In this document: in pieces, positions 1-9,393 of the stretch
How the letters are laid out: each line of letters begins with the position of its first letter
Position numbering within the stretch: position 1 is the first letter of the stretch
From: a virus
Lineage: Duplodnaviria; Caudoviricetes
IMG/VR virus record: IMGVR_UViG_3300021255_000109
Span: 96,001-160,000 of that record
DNA: 64,000 bases
Direction: 5' to 3' (one strand)
The notes under the pieces: generated by a model
The model's database searches: none
The model's input: the letters and a program-made list of their open reading frames with translations, nothing else
Told to the model about the DNA's origin: nothing
Translations under genes and position numbers: made by a program

Positions 1-39
1 AGCGATTTCGAGTGCCTGTGCGTAAGTCATGTTCTTCAT
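1..39 (-). CDS. Winged-helix DNA-binding protein, paralog 1 (5' part only; runs off the window)
   Basis: Reverse strand reads MKNMTYAQALEIA, nearly identical to the N-termini at 4851 and 7412; RBS and sigma-A promoter (73-101) upstream. Confidence 0.75.
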   Translation of the reverse strand, partial: MKNMTYAQALEIA

Positions 40-548
40 ATTTTTTTTCTCCTTTTCTTTTGTTGTGCCTTTATTATAGCACATCTTATTGAGTTTGTCA
101 AGAGTTTTTTTCTAAATTTTTTTGAGCGACGGTTATTTTTGTTATCCCGGAAAACCGATTACTAAAAACCGGGATAGTAGGACGGTGGTGTCAGCATTTT
201 CGCTTGTCTCCTTTCCTTTTCTGTACCTTTATTATAGCACAGTCGCTTGAGTTTGTCAAGCACTTTTTTTATTTTTTTTGGGAGGTTTTTGTTTTTCCTT
301 CCCTCATCCTTACATTATATATTTTACCAAAAATTTTCCAAAATGTCAAGTGGAACTTTTTGCCGATTTTGAGCGAATTGTGTACACAATTTGTCCGTGT
401 AGTTTTTGGGCAAATTGCACAATAGCAAATTACACAACAAATTGGTTGAAAAATTGTGCAAAGTTACTCTTGACGAAAATACCGGCCGTGCGCTATGGGC
501 CACCATCGCGCACGGCCGGGCCAATTAAAAAAACTGAGCGGGTCACGC

Positions 549-734
549 TCAGTTAAACGCCGGGTGCGAATGCAAAAAAGCCCGCATTTTATTTAGTTTT
601 TCCATCGGGATTTTCCCCGGTGTTGTTTTTAAATACCGGAATTCTTGCGGATACTCTGCGGCAAGGTCGTTCTCAAAATCTGCTGAGAGCCAAAGTGCTT
701 GATACAGTTCCATTAATGCACATACTTTAGTCAT
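549..734 (-). CDS. Hypothetical early protein (61 aa)
   Basis: ORF overlapping the upstream gene, followed by a terminator hairpin at about 531-555. Confidence 0.6.
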   Translation of the reverse strand: MTKVCALMELYQALWLSADFENDLAAEYPQEFRYLKTTPGKIPMEKLNKMRAFLHSHPAFN

Positions 735-978
735 TGTCTAACCCCCTTGAAATTTCATAGAGACCGCACGCCCATTTGGCGAGCGCATAAGCGTGATAAG
801 GCCAACTCATCTTACTGGCGCATTCCATAATCCACGGCACAATCTGGTCAACCGGAAGGAACCAGTCACACAACTGAAAATTAGAAAAGTAAAATACTGA
901 ATCAGGATGTTTGGTTGATGCACCCCATAACTCAAGGATGGTTTCATGGTCGCTTAATCTTGAATATAACTTGTACAT
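727..978 (-). CDS. Hypothetical early protein (83 aa)
   Basis: GAGG RBS and promoter at about 1009-1037. Confidence 0.7.
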   Translation of the reverse strand: MYKLYSRLSDHETILELWGASTKHPDSVFYFSNFQLCDWFLPVDQIVPWIMECASKMSWPYHAYALAKWACGLYEISRGLDND

Positions 979-1004
979 TTTGTTTCCTCTTTCTTTTGCT
1001 GTGA

Positions 1005-1187
1005 TTATATTCTATCACAAAGTGCCGGGTTTGTCAAGAGCTTTTTCAGAAAAATTTTATTTTTTCTTCTTGCTTTTCTCTTGAATCGCGCTTCCCATTC
1101 CTGCCGATTCTTTTTATGTACTACATGCGGGCAATTCAAATCCCATGCTGTATAATCAACAGAAGTCTCTCTCTTAATAGCGTCCAT
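1005..1187 (-). CDS. Hypothetical basic early protein (60 aa)
   Basis: Start moved to MDAIKRE (RBS AGGGGG), downstream of promoter 1216-1244. Confidence 0.6.
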   Translation of the reverse strand: MDAIKRETSVDYTAWDLNCPHVVHKKNRQEWEARFKRKARRKNKIFLKKLLTNPALCDRI

Positions 1188-1221
1188 GTCGTTACCCCCT
1201 TGCTTTGATGATGTAATTATA

Positions 1222-1401
1222 TCACAGGGCCGGAGACTTGTCAAGTCTTTTTACAAAATTTTGTAGCTTGTCTTTTTCATCAGCATACTTGCCGAACATG
1301 CAATATTCTACCATGTCTACTTGATACCACAATTTGCAGTTGGGATATTTTTCTTTCATGTAGTTAAACCATGCTTTTAATTCTTCTTCTGTATACGTCA
1401 T
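1222..1401 (-). CDS. Hypothetical early protein (59 aa, not in ORF track)
   Basis: MTYTEEELKAWF...; GGAGG RBS; promoter 1432-1460. Confidence 0.65.
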   Translation of the reverse strand: MTYTEEELKAWFNYMKEKYPNCKLWYQVDMVEYCMFGKYADEKDKLQNFVKRLDKSPAL

Positions 1402-1468
1402 AGTGTTTTCCTCCTATCTTTTGATGATTTAATTATATCATAGAATGAAAGACTTGTCAAGTGCTTTT

Positions 1469-1654
1469 TTAAACTAATCCAATACAGCTGCCGATAATCA
1501 TAACAATAGGGGTAAGTATAAACATTAAAATAACTCCACGCGCCGGCTTGCCATCATCTAAATCTTTCATAGTCCAGTACATCCCAAAAGGAGTCGCCAT
1601 AAAAAAATCAAAACAAACAACAGCAAAGAAAATAATAGTAAAAAAAGTTTTCAT
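1469..1654 (-). CDS. Small membrane protein (2 hydrophobic segments)
   Basis: Hydrophobic N- and C-terminal stretches; own promoter and RBS. Confidence 0.65.
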   Translation of the reverse strand: MKTFFTIIFFAVVCFDFFMATPFGMYWTMKDLDDGKPARGVILMFILTPIVMIIGSCIGLV

Positions 1655-1707
1655 CTCTTTCCCCTCTCTTTATTGTAATGCTATTATAACACATATCCGT
1701 CGGTTTG

Positions 1708-1929
1708 TCAAGTTCTTTTTAAAAAATCTTCTGCGATATCTAAAAGCTCATTGACTTTGCAAGATGGAATCCAGAAAAAAGCCTGGTCATTTATTGACTT
1801 GCGCCAGCCGAAGAACATGCGCCACAGGGCGGAGCGCCCCTCGCAATAGGCGAACAGAAGAGCTTGCATTTTTATATCACATGTCCAAAGGTACGTATAA
1901 CCGAAGCGTTCTTTACAGTTATAAATCAT
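1708..1929 (-). CDS. Hypothetical early protein (73 aa)
   Basis: GAGGAG RBS; promoter about 1959-1986 with a LexA-type box just upstream. Confidence 0.65.
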   Translation of the reverse strand: MIYNCKERFGYTYLWTCDIKMQALLFAYCEGRSALWRMFFGWRKSINDQAFFWIPSCKVNELLDIAEDFLKRT

Positions 1930-1999
1930 TGTTTTTTCTCCTCTCTTGTGATGATTTAATTATAGCAGATTGTAAGAGATTTGTCAAGCACTTTTTTAT

Positions 2000-2013
2000 C
2001 GAACATTCGTTCG
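2000..2013. promoter_or_regulatory. LexA (Cheo/SOS) box CGAAC-ATTC-GTTCG
   Basis: Perfect arms of the Firmicutes LexA palindrome CGAAC-N4-GTTCG, just upstream of the -35 of an early promoter. Confidence 0.7.
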
Positions 2014-2040
2014 ATTTTGCCCGGGCGAGTTAGAGGAGAC

Positions 2041-2208
2041 TTACTCCTCATCCTCTGTTATGCCGTCAATAATAAATTCATCAAAGCTAAAGGACTTTGT
2101 AGAAACCTGCTTATTCTGCCAAGCTAAAAACTTTTCTTTCGCTTCTCTTGCATTTTTAGCAGTAATAGTACAGGTACCGAGATAATCAATCATAAATTTT
2201 TTAGCCAT
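2041..2208 (-). CDS. Hypothetical early protein (55 aa, not in ORF track)
   Basis: MAKKFMIDYLG...; AGGAGG RBS. Confidence 0.65.
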   Translation of the reverse strand: MAKKFMIDYLGTCTITAKNAREAKEKFLAWQNKQVSTKSFSFDEFIIDGITEDEE

Positions 2209-2219
2209 GTTACACCTCC

Positions 2220-2522
2220 TTAGCAGTCAAAGTCGTAAGCACCCATGTAGGGATTATAGCCGGTCTCATCGAAGTCATAGACATCGCAGTCCTCAGGCTC
2301 CTCGTCCTCATCATCATCCCCAAAGGTGGCATCCCAGCAATCGGGGCAAATACCACTGATAAGCATCTCACGCTCATCAGGAGAAAGATAAGGGAAAGCG
2401 TCCTGCGCATTGGCGCCATCATTCCAGTCCCAAAAATCTGACTCGTTTACAGCAACATCATGCACATGATGGCAGAAGGGGCAAATTGTTTGAATGATAT
2501 ACTCTTTCTTATTTTCTCTCAT
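2220..2522 (-). CDS. Zn-ribbon protein with acidic tail (100 aa)
   Basis: CPFC...CPDC; start at MRENKK with AAGGAG RBS. Confidence 0.7.
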   Translation of the reverse strand: MRENKKEYIIQTICPFCHHVHDVAVNESDFWDWNDGANAQDAFPYLSPDEREMLISGICPDCWDATFGDDDEDEEPEDCDVYDFDETGYNPYMGAYDFDC

Positions 2523-2689
2523 TGTAATTCTCCTTTTCTGTGGCTCTCTCTTGTTCCTTACATTATGTATTATAGCATGGTTACAAGAGTTTGTCAATAA
2601 GTTTTTGAAAAAATTATTTTAAAATTTGAGTTAGCCCGGACTAACTTGCCCGGGCACGGTTAGGGGAGACTAACTGTCTCCCCCTGGGT

Positions 2690-2836
2690 TTACAGATAGG
2701 CAAGGATAGCTTTGCGCGTCGCCCTGACCAAAGTCCGGTACATCCGGTAAGCATGAAACGATTCATCATCTGGACCATTGAAAGATTCTACCATCATTCT
2801 GTAATAATAGTCATACAGTTTCATTAAATCACTCAT
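2690..2836 (-). CDS. Hypothetical protein (48 aa, not in ORF track)
   Basis: MSDLMKLYDYY...; GAGG RBS; hairpin downstream. Confidence 0.55.
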   Translation of the reverse strand: MSDLMKLYDYYYRMMVESFNGPDDESFHAYRMYRTLVRATRKAILAYL

Positions 2837-2862
2837 ATTTTTTACCTCACCTTTTGATTTGA

Positions 2863-3207
2863 TTATTCGAACGGCAGTTCGCCGCAGGTAGCAAAACCAT
2901 TATATCTGGCAACCATGATTTCATCGTCTTTAATTTCCGGGGTGTAATGGTCAAACATTATCAGGCTGGCGCAATCGCCCACGCTCCAATCTTCCACGCC
3001 TTCAAGTTGCCACAGTTCATGGTTACTGTCTACAAAAGTAACCACATCATGAATGGTATCAACCTGATACACATACATTGTTTGCGGGTAATAGTTCGTG
3101 CGATAATGTTTCTTTACCAGTATTCCAGTAGTGAAAAATACTATACAACAGACAACAAACAGGAGACCAAGTACCGGGACGACGATTTCTGATTTTGCTC
3201 TTTTCAT
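2863..3207 (-). CDS. Membrane-anchored hypothetical protein (114 aa)
   Basis: N-terminal hydrophobic helix; RBS and promoter. Confidence 0.7.
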   Translation of the reverse strand: MKRAKSEIVVPVLGLLFVVCCIVFFTTGILVKKHYRTNYYPQTMYVYQVDTIHDVVTFVDSNHELWQLEGVEDWSVGDCASLIMFDHYTPEIKDDEIMVARYNGFATCGELPFE

Positions 3208-3283
3208 TTTTCTGTTCCTTTCTCTCTTCCTTTATCTTACATAAATATTTTACCAAATTTTTTACAAATTGTCAAGTGCTTTT

Positions 3284-3499
3284 TTAAAGTTTTTCGCAAA
3301 AAATACCATCAGTTCGTAAAATGAAATCGTCAAAGTCACCGTGCCTTGCTTCATCATAATACAAGTAAACAACTTCATCATTCCATTGCAACTTATTAAC
3401 TATTTGAGTTAATAAGTTGAAAGCTTTAATAGCTTTTTCTTTTCCCTCTACTGTATAATAAAGATTTTCACCAAACAGGTCTGCCCATAATTTGTACAT
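3284..3499 (-). CDS. Hypothetical early protein (71 aa)
   Basis: AAGGAG RBS and promoter. Confidence 0.65.
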   Translation of the reverse strand: MYKLWADLFGENLYYTVEGKEKAIKAFNLLTQIVNKLQWNDEVVYLYYDEARHGDFDDFILRTDGIFCEKL

Positions 3500-3656
3500 T
3501 ATTTTTACTCCTTTCTTTTGATAAGTCTATTATAATAGATAACAGATGATTTGTCAAGGGTTTTTAAAAAATAATTGTAAATCTTTTCTGCAAATTATCA
3601 TACAATTGGCCCGGGCGGTTAGTCTTAACTAACTGCGGTTAGTTGAGGCGGGGGGA

Positions 3657-4019
3657 TTACTCCCCCTTCCCCTTGCGGTGCTTTATCAGCTTGACCGTGT
3701 AGCTTTCACCCTGAAAAATGAAGTGCATTTCTGCCTCTGTCGTTAGGGGTTCAACGACCGCACCCAGACCTTCAAGCACTACCCGGTAGTCATTGATGAG
3801 ACGCTTTTTAGTTTCATCAACTTTGCGCTCTCGCTTGACATCTGTGCGCTTGCGTGTGCCAGTACCGCTCACAGCTTTTGCGGCTTTCTTCTGCTCAGGG
3901 GACAGCTCAAAGAGCTTTTCCCCTTTATCAATGGCTTCATCTTCCATGATAACCTGAATGGCTTCCTCACGGGTACACTGTAAAGACTTCATCAGCTTTG
4001 CAATTCTTTTTTCATCCAT
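3657..4019 (-). CDS. Hypothetical early protein (120 aa)
   Basis: GAGG RBS; promoter about 4046-4074. Confidence 0.75.
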   Translation of the reverse strand: MDEKRIAKLMKSLQCTREEAIQVIMEDEAIDKGEKLFELSPEQKKAAKAVSGTGTRKRTDVKRERKVDETKKRLINDYRVVLEGLGAVVEPLTTEAEMHFIFQGESYTVKLIKHRKGKGE

Positions 4020-4082
4020 GCTTCTGTACCTCTCTTTCTGTAATTATTATAGCACAGGTCGGCAGGCTTGTCAAGCATTTTT

Positions 4083-4280
4083 TTAATCATTTTCGAGAGT
4101 CGCTAAAACCTCGCCGGTGTCGCTGTCAGTAATAACAGCACAGGTGAAACCATACTCACCCATTGCCCAACGGGCTTTATTTACGCCATTATCTAATGAC
4201 CCAGCGCCGTATTCAATCCGGAACTCATCATCTAAAATAATAGTCATGCGAGTGGTATAATCATAAGTAATTTTCATCAT
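4083..4280 (-). CDS. Hypothetical early protein (65 aa)
   Basis: Start moved to MMKITYDY after an AAGGA RBS. Confidence 0.65.
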   Translation of the reverse strand: MMKITYDYTTRMTIILDDEFRIEYGAGSLDNGVNKARWAMGEYGFTCAVITDSDTGEVLATLEND

Positions 4281-4503
4281 GATTTTTATTCCTTTCTTTT
4301 GGGCTTGTTTGTTTCTTACATTATGAATTATAGCATAGGAGCAGAAAATTGTCAAGCCTTTTTTAAAAATAATTTGTAGAACTATTTGGTGAGTTGTCAG
4401 ACAATTCGCCCGGGCGGCGCTTTAGCGCACTAAAGCGCTAAAGCGGTCGCGCCCTTGAGAGGAGATCGCGGTTTTAAGGGGTCACCGCAAACCCTTGTTC
4501 TGG

Positions 4504-4851
4504 TCAAGCCAGCTTGAAGTAAGCCTTTCTCTTGACCATCTCGCGGACGATGGTTTCATCCTTGAGCATGGGAGTCAGCAGAGCCGACACACGCTGAGAA
4601 GTCGCACCGTTCAGAGCCGGGATAGCTTCTGCGATTTCGGAAATGGTTCTTGCCGTACCATCGGACAGCAGCGCCAGAATGTCGGTACGAATACCGCCGT
4701 TCTCAACCTGAGTTTTGGTAGGCTTGCGGTCGACAGAGTTCTTCTTCTCAATCTGCGCCTTGAGGGCGGTCAGACGCTCGACAGCTTCCGCATTGTCGGT
4801 GATGGAGTTGATAGCGATTTCAAGAGCAGTTGCGTAAGTCATGTTCTTCAT
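4504..4851 (-). CDS. Winged-helix DNA-binding protein, paralog 2 (115 aa)
   Basis: ILALLSDGTARTISEIAE...SQRVSALL...IVREMVKRKAYFKL fits an HTH plus beta-wing; start at MKNMTY. Confidence 0.75.
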   Translation of the reverse strand: MKNMTYATALEIAINSITDNAEAVERLTALKAQIEKKNSVDRKPTKTQVENGGIRTDILALLSDGTARTISEIAEAIPALNGATSQRVSALLTPMLKDETIVREMVKRKAYFKLA

Positions 4852-5052
4852 AATATTTGTTTCCTTTCTTTGTGAAGTGGTTTTCTTTTGTGCTTTTATT
4901 ATAGCACATTCAGAAGCGTTTGTCAAGGGGTTTTTTATTTTTTTATTTCTTTTGAAGCGATTCCATTTCCTCTCGCTCCCCTTGACATTATTAAGTATAG
5001 CACACTTGAAGCATTTTGTCAAGGGCTTTTTAAAACTTTTTTGAAAAAGTTT

Positions 5053-5235
5053 TTACTCAGTCATTGACTCGGTCAGCCCTTCAGCGACGCCTTCAGCGAA
5101 AGCCTGAACAACTTCTTTCTCAGTCAGTCCGAACGCATCACACAGTCCTTCAAAAGTAACCGAACCGTCATTTTCAATACCTAACTGTGCCAGAACTAAA
5201 GCAACAATAACTCTTTTAGCGCTTTCTCTTACCAT
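5053..5235 (-). CDS. Small hypothetical protein, possible HTH (60 aa)
   Basis: TFEGLCDAFGLTEKEV resembles an HTH; start at MVRES. Confidence 0.55.
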   Translation of the reverse strand: MVRESAKRVIVALVLAQLGIENDGSVTFEGLCDAFGLTEKEVVQAFAEGVAEGLTESMTE

Positions 5236-5402
5236 TTTAAGCACCTCTCTCTTTCTTTTGATAAGTCTATTATACAGGGTAAACTGCATTTTGTCAAGCG
5301 TTTTTTGAAAAAATTATTGTTAGACTTTTGCACGAATTATCTGACAATTTGCCCGGGCCCGGTTAGTCAAGACTAACTGCTTAGGTGAAAAGTTGGGGGC
5401 GG

Positions 5403-6107
5403 TTATACCGTCCCCATGATTTCCTTATGTTTCTGCTGTACCCTCATCCAACAGGCGGAATAGGGGCGAGTGTCCATCTTCTTATGCTGCGCAAAACATT
5501 TCAGCAATATTTCCGCTTCGATGGTCACATCCTCAAGCCCTCTGTGTTCTTCGATGAAGTCTACATTTTTAGTAATGTAGCGGTAGCAGCACTCAGCATT
5601 AGTAAGAATGTTGCCCTTTGTAGACACAAAGCCATTAGCAAGAGCAAACTTGATATAAGATGGACGGGAAAGTAAAACCTGGCAAGCCATATTCCAGATA
5701 CAACGGAACTCTGTATTTTCCGGGAAGAAAATGGAATACTTTTTTGTTACGAACTGCTGAACATTGTTCAGTGCGCGCTTGTCAAAGTTCATGTTGTAAG
5801 CGTAAACTGTGGTAGTTTTGAACGCTTCCATATCCGCTAAAATCTGCTTGCGGATAGTGGAGAGTCTGGCAAGTCTGCGCTTTCCGGTTCTCAGGTCGTC
5901 CGCATACTGCGGGAGTTTTTCCGCATAATAAGCGGTATTCATCATGTCCGGTTCATCACAGTAAATCTCAGCGACAACAAACGAACGTGAAGCGAGAACT
6001 TCGCCCTTGCGGTTCATAACCACATAGCCGCAATCATAGGGCAGAGGATAGTTCACAGAACCTGCGGTCTCAGTGTCGATTACAATAAAGTTTTCATTCT
6101 TTCTCAT
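5403..6107 (-). CDS. DEDDh 3'-5' exonuclease (DnaQ-like)
   Basis: ExoI IDTETAG, ExoII AYNMNFD, ExoIII HRGLED. Confidence 0.85.
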   Translation of the reverse strand: MRKNENFIVIDTETAGSVNYPLPYDCGYVVMNRKGEVLASRSFVVAEIYCDEPDMMNTAYYAEKLPQYADDLRTGKRRLARLSTIRKQILADMEAFKTTTVYAYNMNFDKRALNNVQQFVTKKYSIFFPENTEFRCIWNMACQVLLSRPSYIKFALANGFVSTKGNILTNAECCYRYITKNVDFIEEHRGLEDVTIEAEILLKCFAQHKKMDTRPYSACWMRVQQKHKEIMGTV

Positions 6108-6384
6108 TTGCGTTTTCCTCTCTCTCATTTGATGGCTTAATTATACCACCTTTTGGCTTGTTTGTCAAGGGCTTTTTTAAAATTCATTTGAATTTTTTTT
6201 TCAGGACGTTTCTGCTTCGCTCTTGCTTACATTGTCTATTATACTATTAGGGCGGTGTTTTGTCAAGTATTTTTTGTGAAAAGAATTGTTAGACTTTTTT
6301 GTAAATCGTCCGACAATTCGCCCGGGCCGGTTAGTCACAACTAACTGACAGGGCAGAGGGGTTTTCAACTAAAAAAATAGGGGC

Positions 6385-6828
6385 TTATTTCAGCCCCTTT
6401 AAGATTTCAATAATGTTGTTAACATCAAACGCTTTTCCGTTCCATTCTTTTCTATTGCGCTCTTCATCATCAAAGAGAACGTCTGTTTCATTGTGCCGGA
6501 AAGTGTCTTTACAAGTTCCGTATGAAACAATGTTGATTTTGTCGAAGGAAACACTTGCTAAATGAGTTGAAAGCCAAGCAAGTTTTGCAAGGGTCACAGC
6601 CTTGTCATATTCAGCAGTAGAGGTTTTCGACAGCCAAGAAATAATTTCGATTCGAAAACCTTTTCTTTGCAGATTATTCAGGACTCTTGCCAGTGCCTGA
6701 AGGTTTAACAGGGCTTTTGCGTTTGCATAGGGGAACGGGTCGCCGTTCCGCAGATAGTCAAGCCAGTTATCAACGCCGTACAGGTCGGCAATTGTTCCAT
6801 CCATGTCAAAGAAGATTGTAGTAGTCAT
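6385..6828 (-). CDS. HAD-family 5'(3')-deoxyribonucleotidase-like (NT5C)
   Basis: FFDMDGTIADL motif I; K..WL; LFDD motif IV. Confidence 0.8.
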   Translation of the reverse strand: MTTTIFFDMDGTIADLYGVDNWLDYLRNGDPFPYANAKALLNLQALARVLNNLQRKGFRIEIISWLSKTSTAEYDKAVTLAKLAWLSTHLASVSFDKINIVSYGTCKDTFRHNETDVLFDDEERNRKEWNGKAFDVNNIIEILKGLK

Positions 6829-7061
6829 TTCGTTTTCCTCTCTTTCCTTATCTCTGAATACATTATAGCAAATTATTTTTAATTTGTCAACTGTTTTTTT
6901 ACAAAAAATAAAAAAATTTTTGGGAATAATCGGACGGAATCAGGGCGGGAGTTAGGCATGGCTAACTGCGCCCGGGCGAGTTAGTGTCAACTAACTTTCG
7001 TCTGAGGATCTCGGGGCGAACAGTTGTTCTGTTCGCCCCGGAACTGGCAGAGGGAGAAGAG

Positions 7062-7412
7062 TCAAGCGATTTTGAAATACGCCTTTCTCTTGACCATCTC
7101 ACGGGTGATAGTCTCTTCCTTCAGCAGAGGGGTCAGCAGAGCGGACACTCTCTGAGAGGTGGCGTCATGCAGAGCCGGCACGCTCTCGCTGATTTCGGAA
7201 ATGGTGCGAGCAACACCGTCGGAAAGCAGGGCGAGAATCTGCTGGCGGATTTCGCCGTTTTCTACCTGAGTTTTGGTAGGCTTGCGGTCGACAGAGTTCT
7301 TCTTTTCGATGGACGCGCGCAGAGCGGTCAGTCTGTCGACTACTTCGCCCTCAGAACCGGTAAGTGCGTTGATAGCGATGTCAAGAGCCTGAACATAAGT
7401 CATTTTCGTCAT
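7062..7412 (-). CDS. Winged-helix DNA-binding protein, paralog 3 (116 aa)
   Basis: Shares long identical blocks with 4504-4851 (IEKKNSVDRKPTKTQVENG; ATSQRVSALLTP). Confidence 0.75.
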   Translation of the reverse strand: MTKMTYVQALDIAINALTGSEGEVVDRLTALRASIEKKNSVDRKPTKTQVENGEIRQQILALLSDGVARTISEISESVPALHDATSQRVSALLTPLLKEETITREMVKRKAYFKIA

Positions 7413-7720
7413 AATGTATTCCCTTTCTGGTTTGGTGGGTTTTCCTTCCCTTTGATGATTTTATTATAGCACATTTTGAAGTGTTTGTCAAGAGGTTTCT
7501 TTATTTTTTTTACTGACCTCACGGGAGTGCCTTTACAGAGGACTCTTTCCTCTTGACAAGTATAATATAGCACAGATCAGGTAAAAATGCAAGCACTTTT
7601 TGATTGAAATAATGCACAAAATGTTATGGTGGAAATGAATTTTTTTTGTGCAAAGTGCCGAAAGGCCCGGGCAAAATTTTCCTTCACCCTCTGCCCTATC
7701 CGGCAGAGGGTGGCTGGCAT

Positions 7721-7936
7721 TTATTTACTTGTCAAGTTGTAGCGGTCAGCAACCGGGTGGCGCAAACAGATGAACAGGGCTTTTAATGAAAAGCAAATTT
7801 TAACAATATCGACAATTTCCTGTCCTTCGTAGGCAACCAGTGAATGACAGCGCTTTCCCAGATTGCGAGTACCGCAGAGGTACTCATATGAGACCGCTTC
7901 ACTATCAATATCTCGTCTTGTAATTCTATACAGCAT
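7721..7936 (-). CDS. Hypothetical early protein (71 aa)
   Basis: GAGG RBS; terminator hairpin 7685-7714 downstream. Confidence 0.6.
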   Translation of the reverse strand: MLYRITRRDIDSEAVSYEYLCGTRNLGKRCHSLVAYEGQEIVDIVKICFSLKALFICLRHPVADRYNLTSK

Positions 7937-8117
7937 ATATATGTCCTCTCTTTTGTTTTTTCAGACAATGGGGAAGCTTCTGAAGCCCAGATAGTGGTTA
8001 TGCCAAAGCTGCCCGAACCCCTGCTTCGCTTCCTCTCTCTGTCTGTACCTATATTATATCACCGATCTGCGGGCTTGTCAAGCCCTTTTTTATTTTTTTG
8101 GTGGATACTTGCAAGCC

Positions 8118-8579
8118 TTAGTTCAGGCTTGCAAGCAGGGCTTCACTTGCAAAGGTCGCTTTATCGAACTTAATCTGATAAGCGATACCATCAACAGTAA
8201 GGTCGCCGTCCATATCGAAACGAACGTGGTCTTTTGTCCAGTCCTGACCGGCCATTTCAGTCAGCATTTTTTCGAAAATGTCGCCCTTATTGTACTTACT
8301 ATTGCGCACCTGAGTCAGAAAGAAATCTTCGGAGCAGAGCGCGCGGGCATTTTCCATAAGGAGCATTTTCTGTGCTGTGGTCGGATGGAACTTGAGAACC
8401 AGACCGCCGCCATTTTTGGAACTTGCCTTATCCAGTACGGCGATATAAGGCAGGATAGTCTCATCGGCTTCTGCCACATATACAACGTGCTTCAGCACGA
8501 AGCCAAACAGATACTTATGCGCATATGCGCGCGCGGTGTAGTCATTGACGAGTTTCTGAAGCATGATTTCGTTCTTCAT
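8118..8579 (-). CDS. Putative PD-(D/E)xK-fold nuclease (153 aa)
   Basis: KGDIFE...DGDL...YQIK pattern; start at MKNEIM. Confidence 0.5.
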   Translation of the reverse strand: MKNEIMLQKLVNDYTARAYAHKYLFGFVLKHVVYVAEADETILPYIAVLDKASSKNGGGLVLKFHPTTAQKMLLMENARALCSEDFFLTQVRNSKYNKGDIFEKMLTEMAGQDWTKDHVRFDMDGDLTVDGIAYQIKFDKATFASEALLASLN

Positions 8580-8784
8580 AGTAGTATCCCCTCTCTTGTA
8601 GGCTTGTCTTTCTCTCAACCTTACATGAAGGATTATACCACACGGGCAAGCAGAAATCTATTAGCAAAATGTACAAAATTCAACAACTTTTTTATGCACT
8701 TTGTATAGTTCGCTCTTGTGCAATTTGACGGTAAAAAATGCACAAAATCCGTATTCATTTATTATGCAAATTGCACAAGAGGTG

Positions 8785-9162
8785 AATAGTCTGATAATTT
8801 ATTGAATAATCTGACAATTCAGAAAATTCAGACAATTCAATAAATAGTCTGACAATTTAGAAAATTCAGATAATTCTGAATTGTCAGATAATAAATCAAA
8901 TTGTGTATACAATTCAGAATTGTCAGACAATTTGCGGGAATTTTGAAAGCTGTCAGAATTGCGCGACAATTCCAGATTTTTTTCCGAATTGTGTACACAA
9001 TTTGGCGGCCGACCGCCAACGGCGGCCACAATTGGCGAAATTGTCTGAATTGCGCGACAATTTCGCCAATTGTGCGTGAATTGTCTGACAATTCCGGGAA
9101 TTGTCAGACAATTCTGAATTGTCAGACAATTGCGCAAAAAATTGCGAATTGTCTGACAATTC
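8785..9162. repeat. Array of about 16-18 AATTGTC(A/T)GACAATT / AATTGTGTACACAATT palindromes (CodY-box-like)
   Basis: Tandem and overlapping 15-bp palindromes, bounded by a GC-rich hairpin at about 9170-9197. Confidence 0.85.
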
Positions 9163-9393
9163 AGCAGAACCGGCCGCCAGGCCCGGTGGCGGCCGGCCCA
9201 TATGAAAAGCCCTCGGGTCATACCGACCTCAGGGGCAACTTCTCAAAGAGGAACTAGAGCAGGCGCGCTCCGTGATGGTTTAAGTATAGCACATTCAATC
9301 CAAAAAGTCAAGCACTTTTTTATTTTTTTTGTGGGTATCTTGATTTTCTGGAGGTCATTCCTTCCTGACGATTTTATCTTAACATATTTCGGG

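Noticed and set aside
8799-9257. ORFs across the 8.8-9.2 kb repeat array
   Set aside because: Translations are just the palindrome (LSDN/NCQTI) in several frames; no RBS.
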